Shown here: one piece after another, positions 51,179-61,363 of the stretch
Layout of the letters: each line of letters starts with the position of its first letter
Position numbering within the stretch: position 1 is the stretch's first letter
Origin: Alphaproteobacteria bacterium
GTDB taxonomy: Bacteria; Pseudomonadota; Alphaproteobacteria; JAAXGF01
Assembly: GCA_963555825.3 (NCBI GenBank)
Contig: CAUVXB020000002.1
Span: 2,912,001-2,976,000, forward strand
DNA: 64,000 nt
Direction of reading: 5' to 3'
Made by a program: the position numbers and the translations under genes
Notes under the pieces: generated by a model
Told to the model about the DNA's origin: nothing
Database searches by the model: none
Seen by the model: the letters and a program-made list of their open reading frames with translations, nothing else

Positions 51179-51676
51179 TCAGCGACGGTGCCGGCCGGCC
51201 AGGATCAGCGCCGTGTAACCCACCAGCGCGAGCGCTTCGCGGGCCAGGTAATAGAGCCAGCGCGACGCCGGCTCGTCGCGCCAGCCACGCGTCACGGCGC
51301 TGGTCGCAAAGCGAACGCCCTGGCTGCGGAACGCCAGGGCGGCGCGCGGCATGTGCAGCCAGTCGGTGACGACGAGCGGGCGGGACCAGCCGCGCAAACG
51401 CAGCATGCGTACCGTGAAGATGGCGTTCTCCAGCGTCGAGCGCGAGTCGGTCTCAATCTCGATGCGGTCCTCGGGCACGCCGGCCTCGATGGCGAGATCG
51501 CGCATGATCTCGGCCTCGGGTGGCAAGCCGCCGATGCGGCCGCCGCTCATCAGCAGGCGGTCGGCCGCGCCGCCGTCGAACAACGCCACGGCGTGGTCCA
51601 CGCGGCGCCGTATCGCCCGGCTCGGCCGGCCGCCGGACAGCGCCCTGGCGCCCAACACGACGATGACGTCGGCCAC
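51179..51676 (-). CDS. YdcF/DUF218 family protein (start uncertain)
   Basis: IVVLGA, LMSGG, EAEIM, SRSTLENA, VTDWLHMPRA. Confidence 0.85.
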   Translation of the reverse strand: MADVIVVLGARALSGGRPSRAIRRRVDHAVALFDGGAADRLLMSGGRIGGLPPEAEIMRDLAIEAGVPEDRIEIETDSRSTLENAIFTVRMLRLRGWSRPLVVTDWLHMPRAALAFRSQGVRFATSAVTRGWRDEPASRWLYYLAREALALVGYTALILAGRHRR

Positions 51677-51746
51677 CGGCTGTGCCGGCTTGCCTATGGC
51701 GCGATGCCTGCGGTTGGCATGCGGTCGATGTCGTCGGCCAGCCGCG

Positions 51747-51929
51747 CTAGCCGCGCGCGGCGCGCCGGGGCCGGCGCTTGAGTTCGCCGCCGCAATTGGG
51801 ACAGACGGCGTTCATCGCCGCCGTGCAGTCGCCGCAGAAGGTGCATTCATAGCTGCAGATGAAGGCCGCGTCGCCGTGCGCCAGCGCGAGGCGGCATTTC
51901 TCGCAGCTCTCTCTCATCTCCAACGCCAC
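51747..51929 (-). CDS. DUF1272 small Cys-rich protein
   Basis: LEMRESCEKC, ICSYECTFC, CPNCGGEL..RP. Confidence 0.88.
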   Translation of the reverse strand: MALEMRESCEKCRLALAHGDAAFICSYECTFCGDCTAAMNAVCPNCGGELKRRPRRAARG

Positions 51930-52784
51930 GGCCCGATCCTCTCGACAGTCAAATCTTCGCCGCGCTCGTCAGTTGGCGCGGGTCGGCCCACTACAGCGCG
52001 ATGCCGGGGTTGCGTTTGCGGTAGGTGTCGACAACCAGCGGGTTGATGAAGGGCAGCATGACGACGATCTCCTGGCCGGGCTTGCGCGCGAACCAGAGCA
52101 TCTGGCTGTACATGAACGAGCCGGGCAGGAAGCGATAATTCGCCGCGCCGCTCTCGCTCGCGTGCTTCTCAAGCACCTGGTGACGCAAATAGTCCTGCAT
52201 CGGCGCGACGTTCTTCTCGTCGAGCCGCGCTGTGAGTTCCTTGCGCGTCTCGGCGTCGATCTCCAGCTCGTCGTCGGATTTCGTGCTCAGCATTTGGTCG
52301 AGCCGGCTGATGCCCTGAAACATAAACCGATCGTTCGGCGCCAGCGCCGTCCTGCCGTCATAGTAGATCGGCTTGGCGCCCGCGAGCCCGCGCTTGAAGG
52401 GGTCGATGCCGGGTGGTTCCCATTTTCCATATGCTTTGACATTTCCTCCAGCGTTGAATTCCGTGGGCTCTTTTTTCGCGATTTCCAAATGTAAATGCGC
52501 CCAGGGAGTCCCCGTGCGACCCGAATACCCCATCACTGTATGTAGCCCAACGTTATTTTTTGCCAATTCTTTCCATGTCTTCGCATTCGGATCTATGTTT
52601 GTTGAATGCGACTTCAAATGCCTATGATCGACAAAGTAACGTGTTTTGTCTGCGGCTGTAGAAAAGACACTTATCAATTTGGCGTTTCGGCTGGTAACTC
52701 GATACTGAGCCCTACCTCTATGTGAGGTGGTCCCACTTTGTTGGACAGTTTGGCAGCGCGGTTAAGGTGTATTCCGTTGTTTGA

Positions 52785-53714
52785 TCATGCTGCCAAAATC
52801 CTTTTTATCACATCCTGTTGCTGTTGTTGAGCCTGTGGGGATGTGGGCAAGGCGCGAGCCTTGTCCATCATATCCACAGGTTGACCGGCCCCGTAGGCCT
52901 CGGCCGGCGTTTGACCGTCGAGGGACGAATGGGGCCGCTCGGTGTTGTAGAAGCCGATCCACTCGCCGATGACCCGTTCGGCGTGGAAGCCGTCGGTGAG
53001 CTCGTGTAGGTAGACCGCCTCATACTTGAGAGACCGCCACAGGCGCTCGATGAAGATGTTGTCCATGCAGCGGCCCCGACCGTCCATGGAGATGCGGATG
53101 CTCGCGTTCTTGAGCACGCCGGTGAAGTCGAGGCTGGTGAACTGGCTGCCCTGATCCGTATTGAATATCTCCGGCTGGCCGTAGCGGGCCAGCGCGTCGC
53201 CCAAGGCCTCGGCGCAGAATCCAGCGTCCATGGTGTTCGACAGCCGCCAGGATAAAACGTGGCGCGTCGCCCAGTCCATGATCGCTACCAGGTACAGAAA
53301 GCCACGCTGGACGGGGATATAGGTGATGTCGGCGCACCAGACCCGATTGGGCTGGTCGATAGCCATCCCTTTGAGAAGATAAGGATAAATCCGGTGCATG
53401 GGATGCGGCACGCTGGTTCTCGGCGCCTGATAGATCGCCTCCAGGCCTATCAATCGCATCAACCTGCGAACCCGGTGACGGCCGACGCAAACGCCGTCCC
53501 GCCGCAACTGGCGGACCATCTGGCGGCTGCCGTAGAACGGGTACTTCATGAACAACTCGTCGATCCGACGCATCAGCGCCAGACTCGAAGGGCTCTCCCC
53601 CCTGGGCGCATAATAGAACGAGGACCGGCCGATCGAAAGCAGGCGGCATTGACGGCTCAAGCTCAGCTCGGGGGCGTCGCGTGTGATCATCGCCTTGCGC
53701 TCCCCCCGGCTCAT
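52785..53714 (-). CDS. IS3-family OrfB transposase
   Basis: YGSR, PNRVWCADITY, NTDQGSQFT, DNIFIERLWRSLKYE. Confidence 0.93.
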   Translation of the reverse strand: MSRGERKAMITRDAPELSLSRQCRLLSIGRSSFYYAPRGESPSSLALMRRIDELFMKYPFYGSRQMVRQLRRDGVCVGRHRVRRLMRLIGLEAIYQAPRTSVPHPMHRIYPYLLKGMAIDQPNRVWCADITYIPVQRGFLYLVAIMDWATRHVLSWRLSNTMDAGFCAEALGDALARYGQPEIFNTDQGSQFTSLDFTGVLKNASIRISMDGRGRCMDNIFIERLWRSLKYEAVYLHELTDGFHAERVIGEWIGFYNTERPHSSLDGQTPAEAYGAGQPVDMMDKARALPTSPQAQQQQQDVIKRILAA

Positions 53715-53992
53715 CGCTTGAGCCCTCTGGCTAAAAAATCCCGTTCCACCGTCAGCTCGCCGATCTTGGCGTGAAGGTCGCGGACCTCGGATTCATGATC
53801 CCGGCAAGCGCGGTTGGCGCCGTTCGAAAACACTTCGCCCAGACCGTCCACCGCCTGGCGCTTCCAGGCGCTCACCTGGTTCGGATGCACCTTGTGCTTG
53901 GCCGCGATCTGCTGGATCGTCTTGTCGCCCCGCAGCGCTTCCAGCGCCACCCGGGCCTTGAATTCCGCCGTAAACCGGCGTCGATTCGTCAT
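53711..53992 (-). CDS. IS3-family OrfA
   Basis: RRRFTAEFKARVALEAL, VHPNQVSAWK; ATGA overlap with OrfB. Confidence 0.92.
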   Translation of the reverse strand: MTNRRRFTAEFKARVALEALRGDKTIQQIAAKHKVHPNQVSAWKRQAVDGLGEVFSNGANRACRDHESEVRDLHAKIGELTVERDFLARGLKR

Positions 53993-55227
53993 CTCGTATT
54001 CCTCCGTTATCCGGTGGAATACACCTTAGCTCCCTGTCCGATTTTCTGGGACCACCTCAATGTGCCGGCACGATTGGGGTCCCGGTTGAGGCCACATAAT
54101 CTACCGCTCCAAATGGGACGCGGCGCGGGCTCCATGCTTGATGGTCCACGAAATCGCGATACTTCCCTCGCCTCGGGTCCATGAACAACGGCGGTCCGTA
54201 GACCGGATCGTGGCGCATTAGCCGAGCCTGCCAGTCGCTTGACGGGCCGCCGGGGGTGTCGTCGGCCGGCTTGGGCGCCGCTGACGTCGCGCTCGCCCCG
54301 GTGTTGTGTTCGGTGGCGCGGGCCTCGGGCAGGCGTGCCAGGAAGGCGCTGGCGGCGGCGCCGGCGGCGATGTTCAGGAAGCGCCGTTTCTCGGGACAGA
54401 AGACCGGCGCGTTGCGCGCCAAGGTCTCGAAGAGGTGCGCCGCGCCGTCGACCAGCCGCGCCTCGCGCACCCGCTCCTCGATCGCGCCGATATAGGGTTC
54501 GAACGGTTTCATCGGACCCTATCAAACGCCCGAAACCGCCTCGCCGTCAATCGGCATGCTACGACCCGAAACATCCCGTGCAAATGGACGAGGCGGCGAT
54601 AACGGCGCCCGTCGCGTGCAACAACGTGGAATAGGCGCGCTGCTTAGATATATTCGTGGCGCGAAGTCGCTTGGCCGCTCATCGGCTTGTCTCGGTAGTG
54701 GAGCGCGTTGGTTGGCTTGTCGATGGGGATGACGACATCGGAATCTTGATCCGAGATTTCACTTACTGTTAATCCTTAGCCCATGCAAGGTAACGGATAG
54801 CTGAAGTGAATCCCTTGTTTGCCGGAAAGAAGCTCTTGGTTACCTCTTCGGGGGAAGTCGGGTCCGTAGCACCTGGCTTTACCCAAATCCGTCCAAAAGA
54901 AAGCAGGGTTAAGCGTATGCCAAGGTTTACTTGACTGTTCTTTGCCCCTGGGCTCCCGCACTATCACCTCAAAATGCAGATGGGATGTACCAGTGTATAT
55001 CCTGCCGGAATGGCCCACTTCGCCTATTTTGGTTCCCCGCATGGCAATCTTAGACGAAAATTTAGAATAATCTCCTTTTTCAGGAAGTTCAGTCTTGTTT
55101 AAATGGGCGTAAATGGTTGCGATTTCAAAAAAAATCTTTTGCTGGCCGGACCCACAATTGTTCGTAGTGATATAGAATATTCTGCAGTCCTCTGTATCGC
55201 ACCCGGTTCCTTGGACACAAGTTTGTC

Positions 55228-56139
55228 TCATGCGGCGGGCCTGAGTGACATCGCGGTGTGCCACGCCTGACGAGCTTGAGCGGGGCTCAGGTAGCCGTTC
55301 TTCTCCACGATCCACTGGGCATTGTACTGTTCGACGAACCCGCGGACGGCGTTCCGCAGCTCCGCGATGTTGCGGTAGATGCGGCCATGGATGATCTGTT
55401 CCTTGAGCGTGCGATTGAACCTCTCGGCGACGCCGTTGGTCTGGGGCTGTTCGACGAAGGCGTAGGACGGCTGGATGCCCCAGAACTTGATCTGGTTGGT
55501 GAAGTGGTCCGACAGATACTGGGAGCCGTGATCCATCCGCAAGGCCAGCCCCCGCGCCGCACCGGCGGAGGTCGAGGCATACAGCCTCGCAAGCCCCATG
55601 GAGATCGGCTGAAGGGCGGCGAAGCGGTCGCCTCGCTTGCACACATGCCAGCCGACGCACTCGGCGTTCCAATGCTCGATGGCGGTGAATATCCAGCCCC
55701 AGCCGTCGTCCACCGTGAACACCCGAACGCCGTCCGTGCCCCACATGAGGTTGGGGGCATGGGTGATGATCTCACCGACATGGGGATTTCCGCCACGGCG
55801 GCGGCAGCGATGGGGCGAGAGCAGGTTGTTCTCGCGCATCACCCGGAGCCCCCGCTTGCGGGAAACACGGATGCCACGACAGACCCGAAGCCGAGCCCAG
55901 ACCTTGCGGTGTCCCTCGCCCTCCCAGGGGGATGCCTCCAGGTCGGCCTCGATGGCCACCAGCAGAGCCTCGTCCGAGATCGAGGGCTTCGGTCCCCGGC
56001 GCTTTGCTGGTGGGCGCTCAGCGGTGGCCTGCTGCCGGGATTTCATGGCGTAGAACGAGGAACGGGCAAAACCCCAGGCCGCACAGACCCGCTGGAGGCC
56101 GTAGGCCAAACCCGTGCCGGGAGAGGTGGCGGCACTCAT
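55228..56139 (-). CDS. IS OrfB, rve DDE transposase (copy 2)
   Basis: Translation identical to 16079-16990. Confidence 0.92.
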   Translation of the reverse strand: MSAATSPGTGLAYGLQRVCAAWGFARSSFYAMKSRQQATAERPPAKRRGPKPSISDEALLVAIEADLEASPWEGEGHRKVWARLRVCRGIRVSRKRGLRVMRENNLLSPHRCRRRGGNPHVGEIITHAPNLMWGTDGVRVFTVDDGWGWIFTAIEHWNAECVGWHVCKRGDRFAALQPISMGLARLYASTSAGAARGLALRMDHGSQYLSDHFTNQIKFWGIQPSYAFVEQPQTNGVAERFNRTLKEQIIHGRIYRNIAELRNAVRGFVEQYNAQWIVEKNGYLSPAQARQAWHTAMSLRPAA

Positions 56140-56546
56140 CGCCGCGACCTCCGCCGCCCCAAAGGGCCGGACGTCTCCGTCTTGGCCTCCAGCAGTTCCA
56201 CCTGCATGATCAACTCCCCGATCCGCTTCATGGCGATGTCCAGTTCCGCCTTCACCGGATCGCCCTTGCGTTCCTTGAGCGAGGCATCGATCCCGGCGAT
56301 CGCCTTCTCACGCCACTGCTCGAGCCGGAAAATCTCCACGCCCAACTGCCGCGACAAAAGTTCCACCGGCTCGCCACGCAAAAGCCGCAGGGCAACCTCA
56401 CGCTTGCGCGTCACCGTCCACCGCTGGCCAAGTCCCAGCGGGCCTGCCGGCGAAACCTGGCCCGGGGAAAACGTGGACGAGCCAAGCTCGCCCTCGTTTA
56501 CCACAGGCCCATCAACAGCAACTTTGTTCTCAAAATTGTCGGTCAT
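56136..56546 (-). CDS. IS OrfA HTH protein (copy 2)
   Basis: Translation identical to copy 1. Confidence 0.8.
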   Translation of the reverse strand: MTDNFENKVAVDGPVVNEGELGSSTFSPGQVSPAGPLGLGQRWTVTRKREVALRLLRGEPVELLSRQLGVEIFRLEQWREKAIAGIDASLKERKGDPVKAELDIAMKRIGELIMQVELLEAKTETSGPLGRRRSRR

Positions 56547-57351
56547 GTTCCGGTCCTCCTTGGACACTTCGATTAAGCCAATTCTGTGTCCAAGGAAATC
56601 GGGTCCGACTCATATTCTGCAGTCCTCCATTGTATTTTTTCTCAAAATAACCTGCACTCCAGGCCACAGCAAGTACATTAGTTCCTTTGGCGGCCTCAAT
56701 ATCTAATCCCTTGTGGGGTGTGGGTCGGGCTTGGGGATGGTATCCTCTCCTTGTACCGTAACCGAACCGTATAATTCCGAGTGCGTCTGCTGGGGCGTAA
56801 TTCGGAGCCAATTCCTTGAGTGGTTTGAACAAACGGGCGTAGTCCAATCCAGAAGCTTGCTGTGTGGCTGGAGAATCGATTTTATTTTTGGGGCTGTCCT
56901 AGCTAAGCGGCATGCTTAGGCTAGGATGGCGGGATGTACGAGAGGAAAAGCCGGCTCAGTGATTGGAAGCGCGGTCGTCTGATTGAGCACTTCGTTGCGG
57001 GTACGACGGCTCGGGCAGCAGCCGAACTGGTTGGCGTCCACCGGAACACGGCGGCCTCGTTTTATACTCGGCTTCGCAAGGTGATTGCCGAGGAAATGGA
57101 GAAGGCCTCGCCTTTTGCCGGAGAGATCGAGGTTGATGAGAGTTATTTTGGCGGCCGCCGCAAAGGCAAGCGGGGTCGAGGCGCTGGCGGAAAAGTCCCG
57201 GTTTTCGGGCTTTTGAAGCGAGGTGGGAAGGTCTGAGAACGGCAGAGCAATAATCCCCCACTGAAGCGGCCGGTCGATCCGGCTGCGGCGGACCAAAATG
57301 GGACCGCGTATAGCCTTCTGTCAGGGTTGCTCTGACTGGAAGGCGGGGGGG

Positions 57352-58851
57352 ATGTATCGGGTGGAGTTGTACGCACGGGTTCGGCGGGCGTGTCATGTCG
57401 AGGGGATGAGCACCCGCGAGGCCTCGCGGGTGTTTGGTGTAGACCGCAAGACGGTCCGTAAGATGCTGTCGTTCTCGGTGCCGCCAGGGTATCGCCGAAG
57501 CGCGCCGCCGAGGCGGCCAAAGCTGGGTCCGTTCACGGGAATCATCGATCGGATCTTGGAAGACGATCGGACCAGCCACCGCAAGCAACGGCACACTGCG
57601 AAGCGCATCTTCGACCGCCTCCGGGACGAGTACGGTTTCACGGGCGGCTACACCATCGTGAAGGACTACGTTCGTGAGCAGGGGCTTCGGTCGCGTGAGG
57701 TGTTCGTGCCACTCTCCCATTCCCCCGGTCACGCCCAGGCGGACTTCGGCGAAGCGATGGCGGTGATCGGCGGCGCGTTACGGAAGATCCACTTCCTTGC
57801 CTTCGACCTTCCCCACAGTGATGGTTGCTTTGTTGCGGCCTATCCGGCGGAGACGACCGAAGCATTCTGCGATGGCCACAACGCGGCGTTTGCCTTCTTC
57901 GGCGGCGTCCCCCGATCCATCCTGTACGACAACACCAAGCTGGCGGTTGCCCGGATCCTGGGCGATGGGAAGCGGCAGCGAACGCGCGTCTTCACGGAGC
58001 TTCAGTCCCACTATCTGTTCGAGGACAGGTTCGGCCGGCCGGGCAAGGGCAACGACAAGGGCAAGGTCGAGGGACTGGTCGGCTTCATCCGGCGGAACTT
58101 CCTGGTCCCCGTCCCGCGTGCCGAGAGCTTCGCGGCCCTCAACGATGCTCTCGCCGAACAGTGCCGCCGGCGCCAGGCGGCGCGGCTGCGGGGCCACAAG
58201 GAGACCATCGGCGAGCGTCTCGAGCGGGATCGTCAAGTTCTCTTGCCATTGCCGCCTGCTCCCTATGATGCCTGCGATAAGCGCCCTGGACGGGCGAGTT
58301 CGCTGTCGCTGGTGCGTTACCGCAGCAACGACTATTCCGTGCCCGTGGCCTACGGCCACCGTGAGGTGCTCATCCGGGGCTACGTCGATGAGGTGGTGAT
58401 CAGCTGCGGGGCCGAGGTGATCGCCCGGCACCGCCGGTCCTACGACAGCGAGGACCTGATCTTCGACCCGCTGCATTACCTGCCCTTGATCGAGCAGAAG
58501 ATCGGCGCCCTCGACCAGGCCGCGCCATTGGCGGGCTGGGACCTGCCCGAGGCCTTCATCACTCTGCGGCGGCTCCTCGAAGCTCGTATGGGCAAGGCAG
58601 GCAAGCGCGAGTACGTCCAGGTGCTCCGTCTACTGGAGACCTTCCGGCTCGAGGAGGTCGAGGGTGCGGTCGGCGACGCCCTGCGGCTCGGCGCAATCGG
58701 CTTTGATGCGGTGAAGCACCTGGTACTGTGCCGCATCGAGCGGCGGCCGCCCAGGCTCAACCTCGACGTCTATCCGTATCTGCCGCGCGCCCGGGTCGCG
58801 ATGACGTCCGCCAAGTCGTACATGAGCCTGCTGTCGGGGCTCGGCGCATGA
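57352..58851 (+). CDS. istA: IS21 transposase IstA
   Basis: AQADFG, FFGGVP..ILYDN, KGKVE, YSVP. Confidence 0.93.
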   Translation: MYRVELYARVRRACHVEGMSTREASRVFGVDRKTVRKMLSFSVPPGYRRSAPPRRPKLGPFTGIIDRILEDDRTSHRKQRHTAKRIFDRLRDEYGFTGGYTIVKDYVREQGLRSREVFVPLSHSPGHAQADFGEAMAVIGGALRKIHFLAFDLPHSDGCFVAAYPAETTEAFCDGHNAAFAFFGGVPRSILYDNTKLAVARILGDGKRQRTRVFTELQSHYLFEDRFGRPGKGNDKGKVEGLVGFIRRNFLVPVPRAESFAALNDALAEQCRRRQAARLRGHKETIGERLERDRQVLLPLPPAPYDACDKRPGRASSLSLVRYRSNDYSVPVAYGHREVLIRGYVDEVVISCGAEVIARHRRSYDSEDLIFDPLHYLPLIEQKIGALDQAAPLAGWDLPEAFITLRRLLEARMGKAGKREYVQVLRLLETFRLEEVEGAVGDALRLGAIGFDAVKHLVLCRIERRPPRLNLDVYPYLPRARVAMTSAKSYMSLLSGLGA

Positions 58852-59612
58852 CCGACACACCGCAAGTGCTGCTCGCCCACCACCTCAAGACGCTGAAGCT
58901 GCCGACCTTCCTGCGCGAGTACGACAAGATCGCCCGGCAGTGCGCCTCGGAAGGCGTCGATCACGTCCGCTACCTGTTGAGACTCGCCGAGCTCGAGCTG
59001 ATCGACCGCGAGCGCCGCATGGTCGAGCGGCGCATCAAGGCGGCGCGCTTCCCCGTGGTCAAGAGCCTCGACAGCTTCGACTTCAAGGTCATCCCCTCGC
59101 TCAACAAGGCGCTGGTCCTGGAGCTGGCCCGCTGCGAGTACATCGAGCGCCGCGAGAACCTCATCGCGCTCGGCAACAGTGGGACCGGCAAGACCCACAT
59201 CGCCCTCGGTCTCGGCCTGGCGGCCTGCCAGAAGGGCCTCTCGGTCGGCTTCATCACCGCCGCCGCGCTGGTCCACGAACTCATCGAGGCCCGCGATGAC
59301 AAGCAGCTGCTGAGGTTCCAGAAGAAGCTCGCCACCTACAAGCTTCTGATCGTCGACGAACTCGGCTTCGTGCCGCTGTCGAAGACCGGCGCCGAGCTGT
59401 TGTTCGAGGTGTTCAGCCAACGCTACGAGCGGGGCTCGACCCTGGTCACCACCAATCTGCCCTTCGACGAATGGACCGAGGTGTTCGGCTCCGAGCGCCT
59501 CACCGGCGCGCTCCTCGATCGCCTCACCCACCACGTCAACATCCTCGAGATGAACGGTGACAGCTACAGGCTCAACCAGAGCCGCAGGCGTCAAACCCCG
59601 ACTGCTAACTGA
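58848..59612 (+). CDS. istB: IS21 helper ATPase IstB
   Basis: GNSGTGKTH, LIVDELG, TTNLPF, LLDRLTHH. Confidence 0.95.
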   Translation: MTDTPQVLLAHHLKTLKLPTFLREYDKIARQCASEGVDHVRYLLRLAELELIDRERRMVERRIKAARFPVVKSLDSFDFKVIPSLNKALVLELARCEYIERRENLIALGNSGTGKTHIALGLGLAACQKGLSVGFITAAALVHELIEARDDKQLLRFQKKLATYKLLIVDELGFVPLSKTGAELLFEVFSQRYERGSTLVTTNLPFDEWTEVFGSERLTGALLDRLTHHVNILEMNGDSYRLNQSRRRQTPTAN

Positions 59613-60514
59613 ACCGACCACCCAGCCCACGCTTGACCCCGTGGGCCCACAGGTCCCTCCCGCGCGCGCCGCCGCGTCAGCCTGTTGAGGGCACGCCGCG
59701 TCGCGCGCGGGGCCCTCCCGTGGACTACGGGGACAAGCCCGCAGCCGCCAAGCGGTCCCTTCTTACACCGCCGAGGTGGTCCCTTTTTGCTCCGCCATTG
59801 ACAAAGGTCTACACGGCGATGATTCCCAATGCCCGGACTGCCACGTTGATGCCGATTATGGAGCGTATGATCCGGCCTGACAGCATCGTCTATACGGACG
59901 GCTTTTCGAGCTATGATGCCCTGGACGTTTCGGACTTCCACCATGTTCGGATCAATCACTCGGAGCGGTTCGTCGACGAGCGGAGCCATATCAACGGGAT
60001 CGAGAACTTCTGGAACCAGGCGAAGCGGCATTTACGGCGCTTCAATGGCGTCCCGAAACAGAGCTTTCACCTGTTCCTCAAGGAGTGCGAATGGCGGTTC
60101 AACGGAGGTGACCACCGAGAACTGCTTAACCAATTGAAGACATGGATTATTTTGAGACAGAAACGCCCTTAGCTAGGACAGCCCGTTATGTTTTTTGGGT
60201 ATAGTACCATCTCCCTCGCCGGCTAGGGCCGATTGCAGCGCACCAGGGGCGGCTAGGCTGGCCAAACAGTTAGCCTCCATGAACTGTCTTCTGGACATGT
60301 TATGGGCATCGGCCTTTTCGGCCTGTTCTTCTCGAACCTCTCGCGCAAGGGCTTCGAGGATATCGACTGTGTCCGGGTCGAGCCGGCCTGGTCTGGCGTT
60401 CGCTGATTCCGGCAATACAAGGTCATCAAACCTAACCATTTTGATCATTCCCTCATCGCGATGACGTTCTCTGCGATACTCAGATGACGTCGCCCGTACG
60501 CGGCCCGCCACCTC

Positions 60515-61363
60515 TCACCCCACCACGAAAACCGACGCGGTCGGGCGTTCGAGGGCTTCGGCGACGTCGATCAGGCGGCCCAGCGCGCCCTGGCGGTCGA
60601 CGATGATGGCGTTGGGCGAGCGATCGCTCAACAGCGCGTAGATGGCTTGCGCGTCGTGGCCGGCGTGGCCGTGCACGGTGGCGGCGACGTCGTGTTCGGC
60701 GAGCCAGTCGGCGGCCTCGGCCTCGGCGGCTTGTGCCGCGGCGTCGTCGGCGCCGACGGCGAGCACCTCGAGCGGGCAGCCGTGCATGTCGGCCAACTCG
60801 GCGCCCATGGCGAGCGCTCTCGCGGCGCCCTCGTAGAGCACGATCACGGGGCGGTGGCGCAGGCCCTCGCAGCGCATCACCATGATCGAGCATTTGGCGC
60901 CCGCCGCGATGCGCCGCGCGGTGCCGCCGATCCGCGCGCCGGCCGAGCGGCGGCCGACCGTGCCGAGCGCCAGCAGCTCGCAATCGCCGGCCTCGGCGAG
61001 CAGGCGCTCGGCGACGTCGCCGCGTGCGACGCGGAACGAGCATTGGACATGCCAGCGCGCGGCGGCCACCTTCAGCATCGCCTCGGCGCGCGCCGCCCAG
61101 ACCCTGAGGCCTTGGCGCATGCGTTGGGCGTCGACCGCTTCCTCGGCGGCGCCCGAGCGCCGGATGTTGCGCGTCATGGGCAGCGCGGCGGCGTCGATCA
61201 GCGCCGAGTCCTCGACGAACAGGCCGACCAGCTCGGCGCCACGCTGGGCGGCGAGCCGCGCGGCGGCCTCGAGCGCCGAGGAGCACTGCGCCTCGGGGTC
61301 GAGCGCGATGATGACGCGGCGCGGCCTCGGTGTGACTTCGGGCGTGGTCTCGGGTGTCATCAT
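60515..61363 (-). CDS. Universal stress protein-like (two USP-type domains)
   Basis: RVIIALD, LVGLFVED, RVARG, IGGTARRI..CSIMV; ATGA-coupled to protease. Confidence 0.75.
   Translation of the reverse strand: MMTPETTPEVTPRPRRVIIALDPEAQCSSALEAAARLAAQRGAELVGLFVEDSALIDAAALPMTRNIRRSGAAEEAVDAQRMRQGLRVWAARAEAMLKVAAARWHVQCSFRVARGDVAERLLAEAGDCELLALGTVGRRSAGARIGGTARRIAAGAKCSIMVMRCEGLRHRPVIVLYEGAARALAMGAELADMHGCPLEVLAVGADDAAAQAAEAEAADWLAEHDVAATVHGHAGHDAQAIYALLSDRSPNAIIVDRQGALGRLIDVAEALERPTASVFVVG

Larger units (their letters stand above)
52723..54059 (-). mobile_element. IS3-family element, 1337 bp
   Basis: TIR TGAGGTGGTCCCA..; 3-bp TSD ATG at 52720-52722 and 54060-54062. Confidence 0.93.
51991..54512 (-). 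pseudogene. Tat-exported M23-family peptidase 1, interrupted by IS3-family element
   Basis: Rejoins in frame as ..AVDYVASTGTPIVPAH|RGRAQYRVTSRNAKLISVF..MGYSG..AHLHLEI; KRRFL + hydrophobic stretch + ARA. Confidence 0.82.
55193..56612 (-). mobile_element. 1420-bp two-ORF IS (IS3/IS481-like), copy 2
   Basis: Same length and identical ORF translations as 15606-17025; 15-bp TSD TATTCTGCAGTCCTC at 55178-55192 and 56613-56627. Confidence 0.93.
57234..59803 (+). mobile_element. IS21-family element
   Basis: TG..CA ends, imperfect TIR TGAGAACGGCAGAGCAA / TGTCAATGGCGGAGCAA; 6-bp TSD AAGGTC at 57228-57233 and 59804-59809. Confidence 0.93.
56934..60172 (+). pseudogene. IS1595-family transposase split by IS21
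   Basis: EVDESYFGG..RGRGA..RGGKV|YTAM..VYTDG..HINGIENFW rejoin in frame. Confidence 0.9.
56890..60185 (+). mobile_element. IS1595-family (IS1016-like) element carrying a nested IS21
   Basis: TIR GGGCTGTCCTAGCTAAG; 8-bp flanks TTATTTTT (56882-56889) / TTATGTTT (60186-60193), one mismatch. Confidence 0.88.
54776..60448 (-). pseudogene. Tat-exported M23-family peptidase 2, interrupted by two IS insertions (one nested) and a homopolymer frameshift
   Basis: SRRQF Tat motif; HKGLD, YAHL, VGHSG, HLHFE; pieces 60186-60448, 56613-56881 and 54776-55177. Confidence 0.85.

Noticed and set aside
59613-59803. Structured GC-rich stretch after istB as an ncRNA
   Set aside because: Explained by the repeated subterminal motifs typical of IS21 ends.
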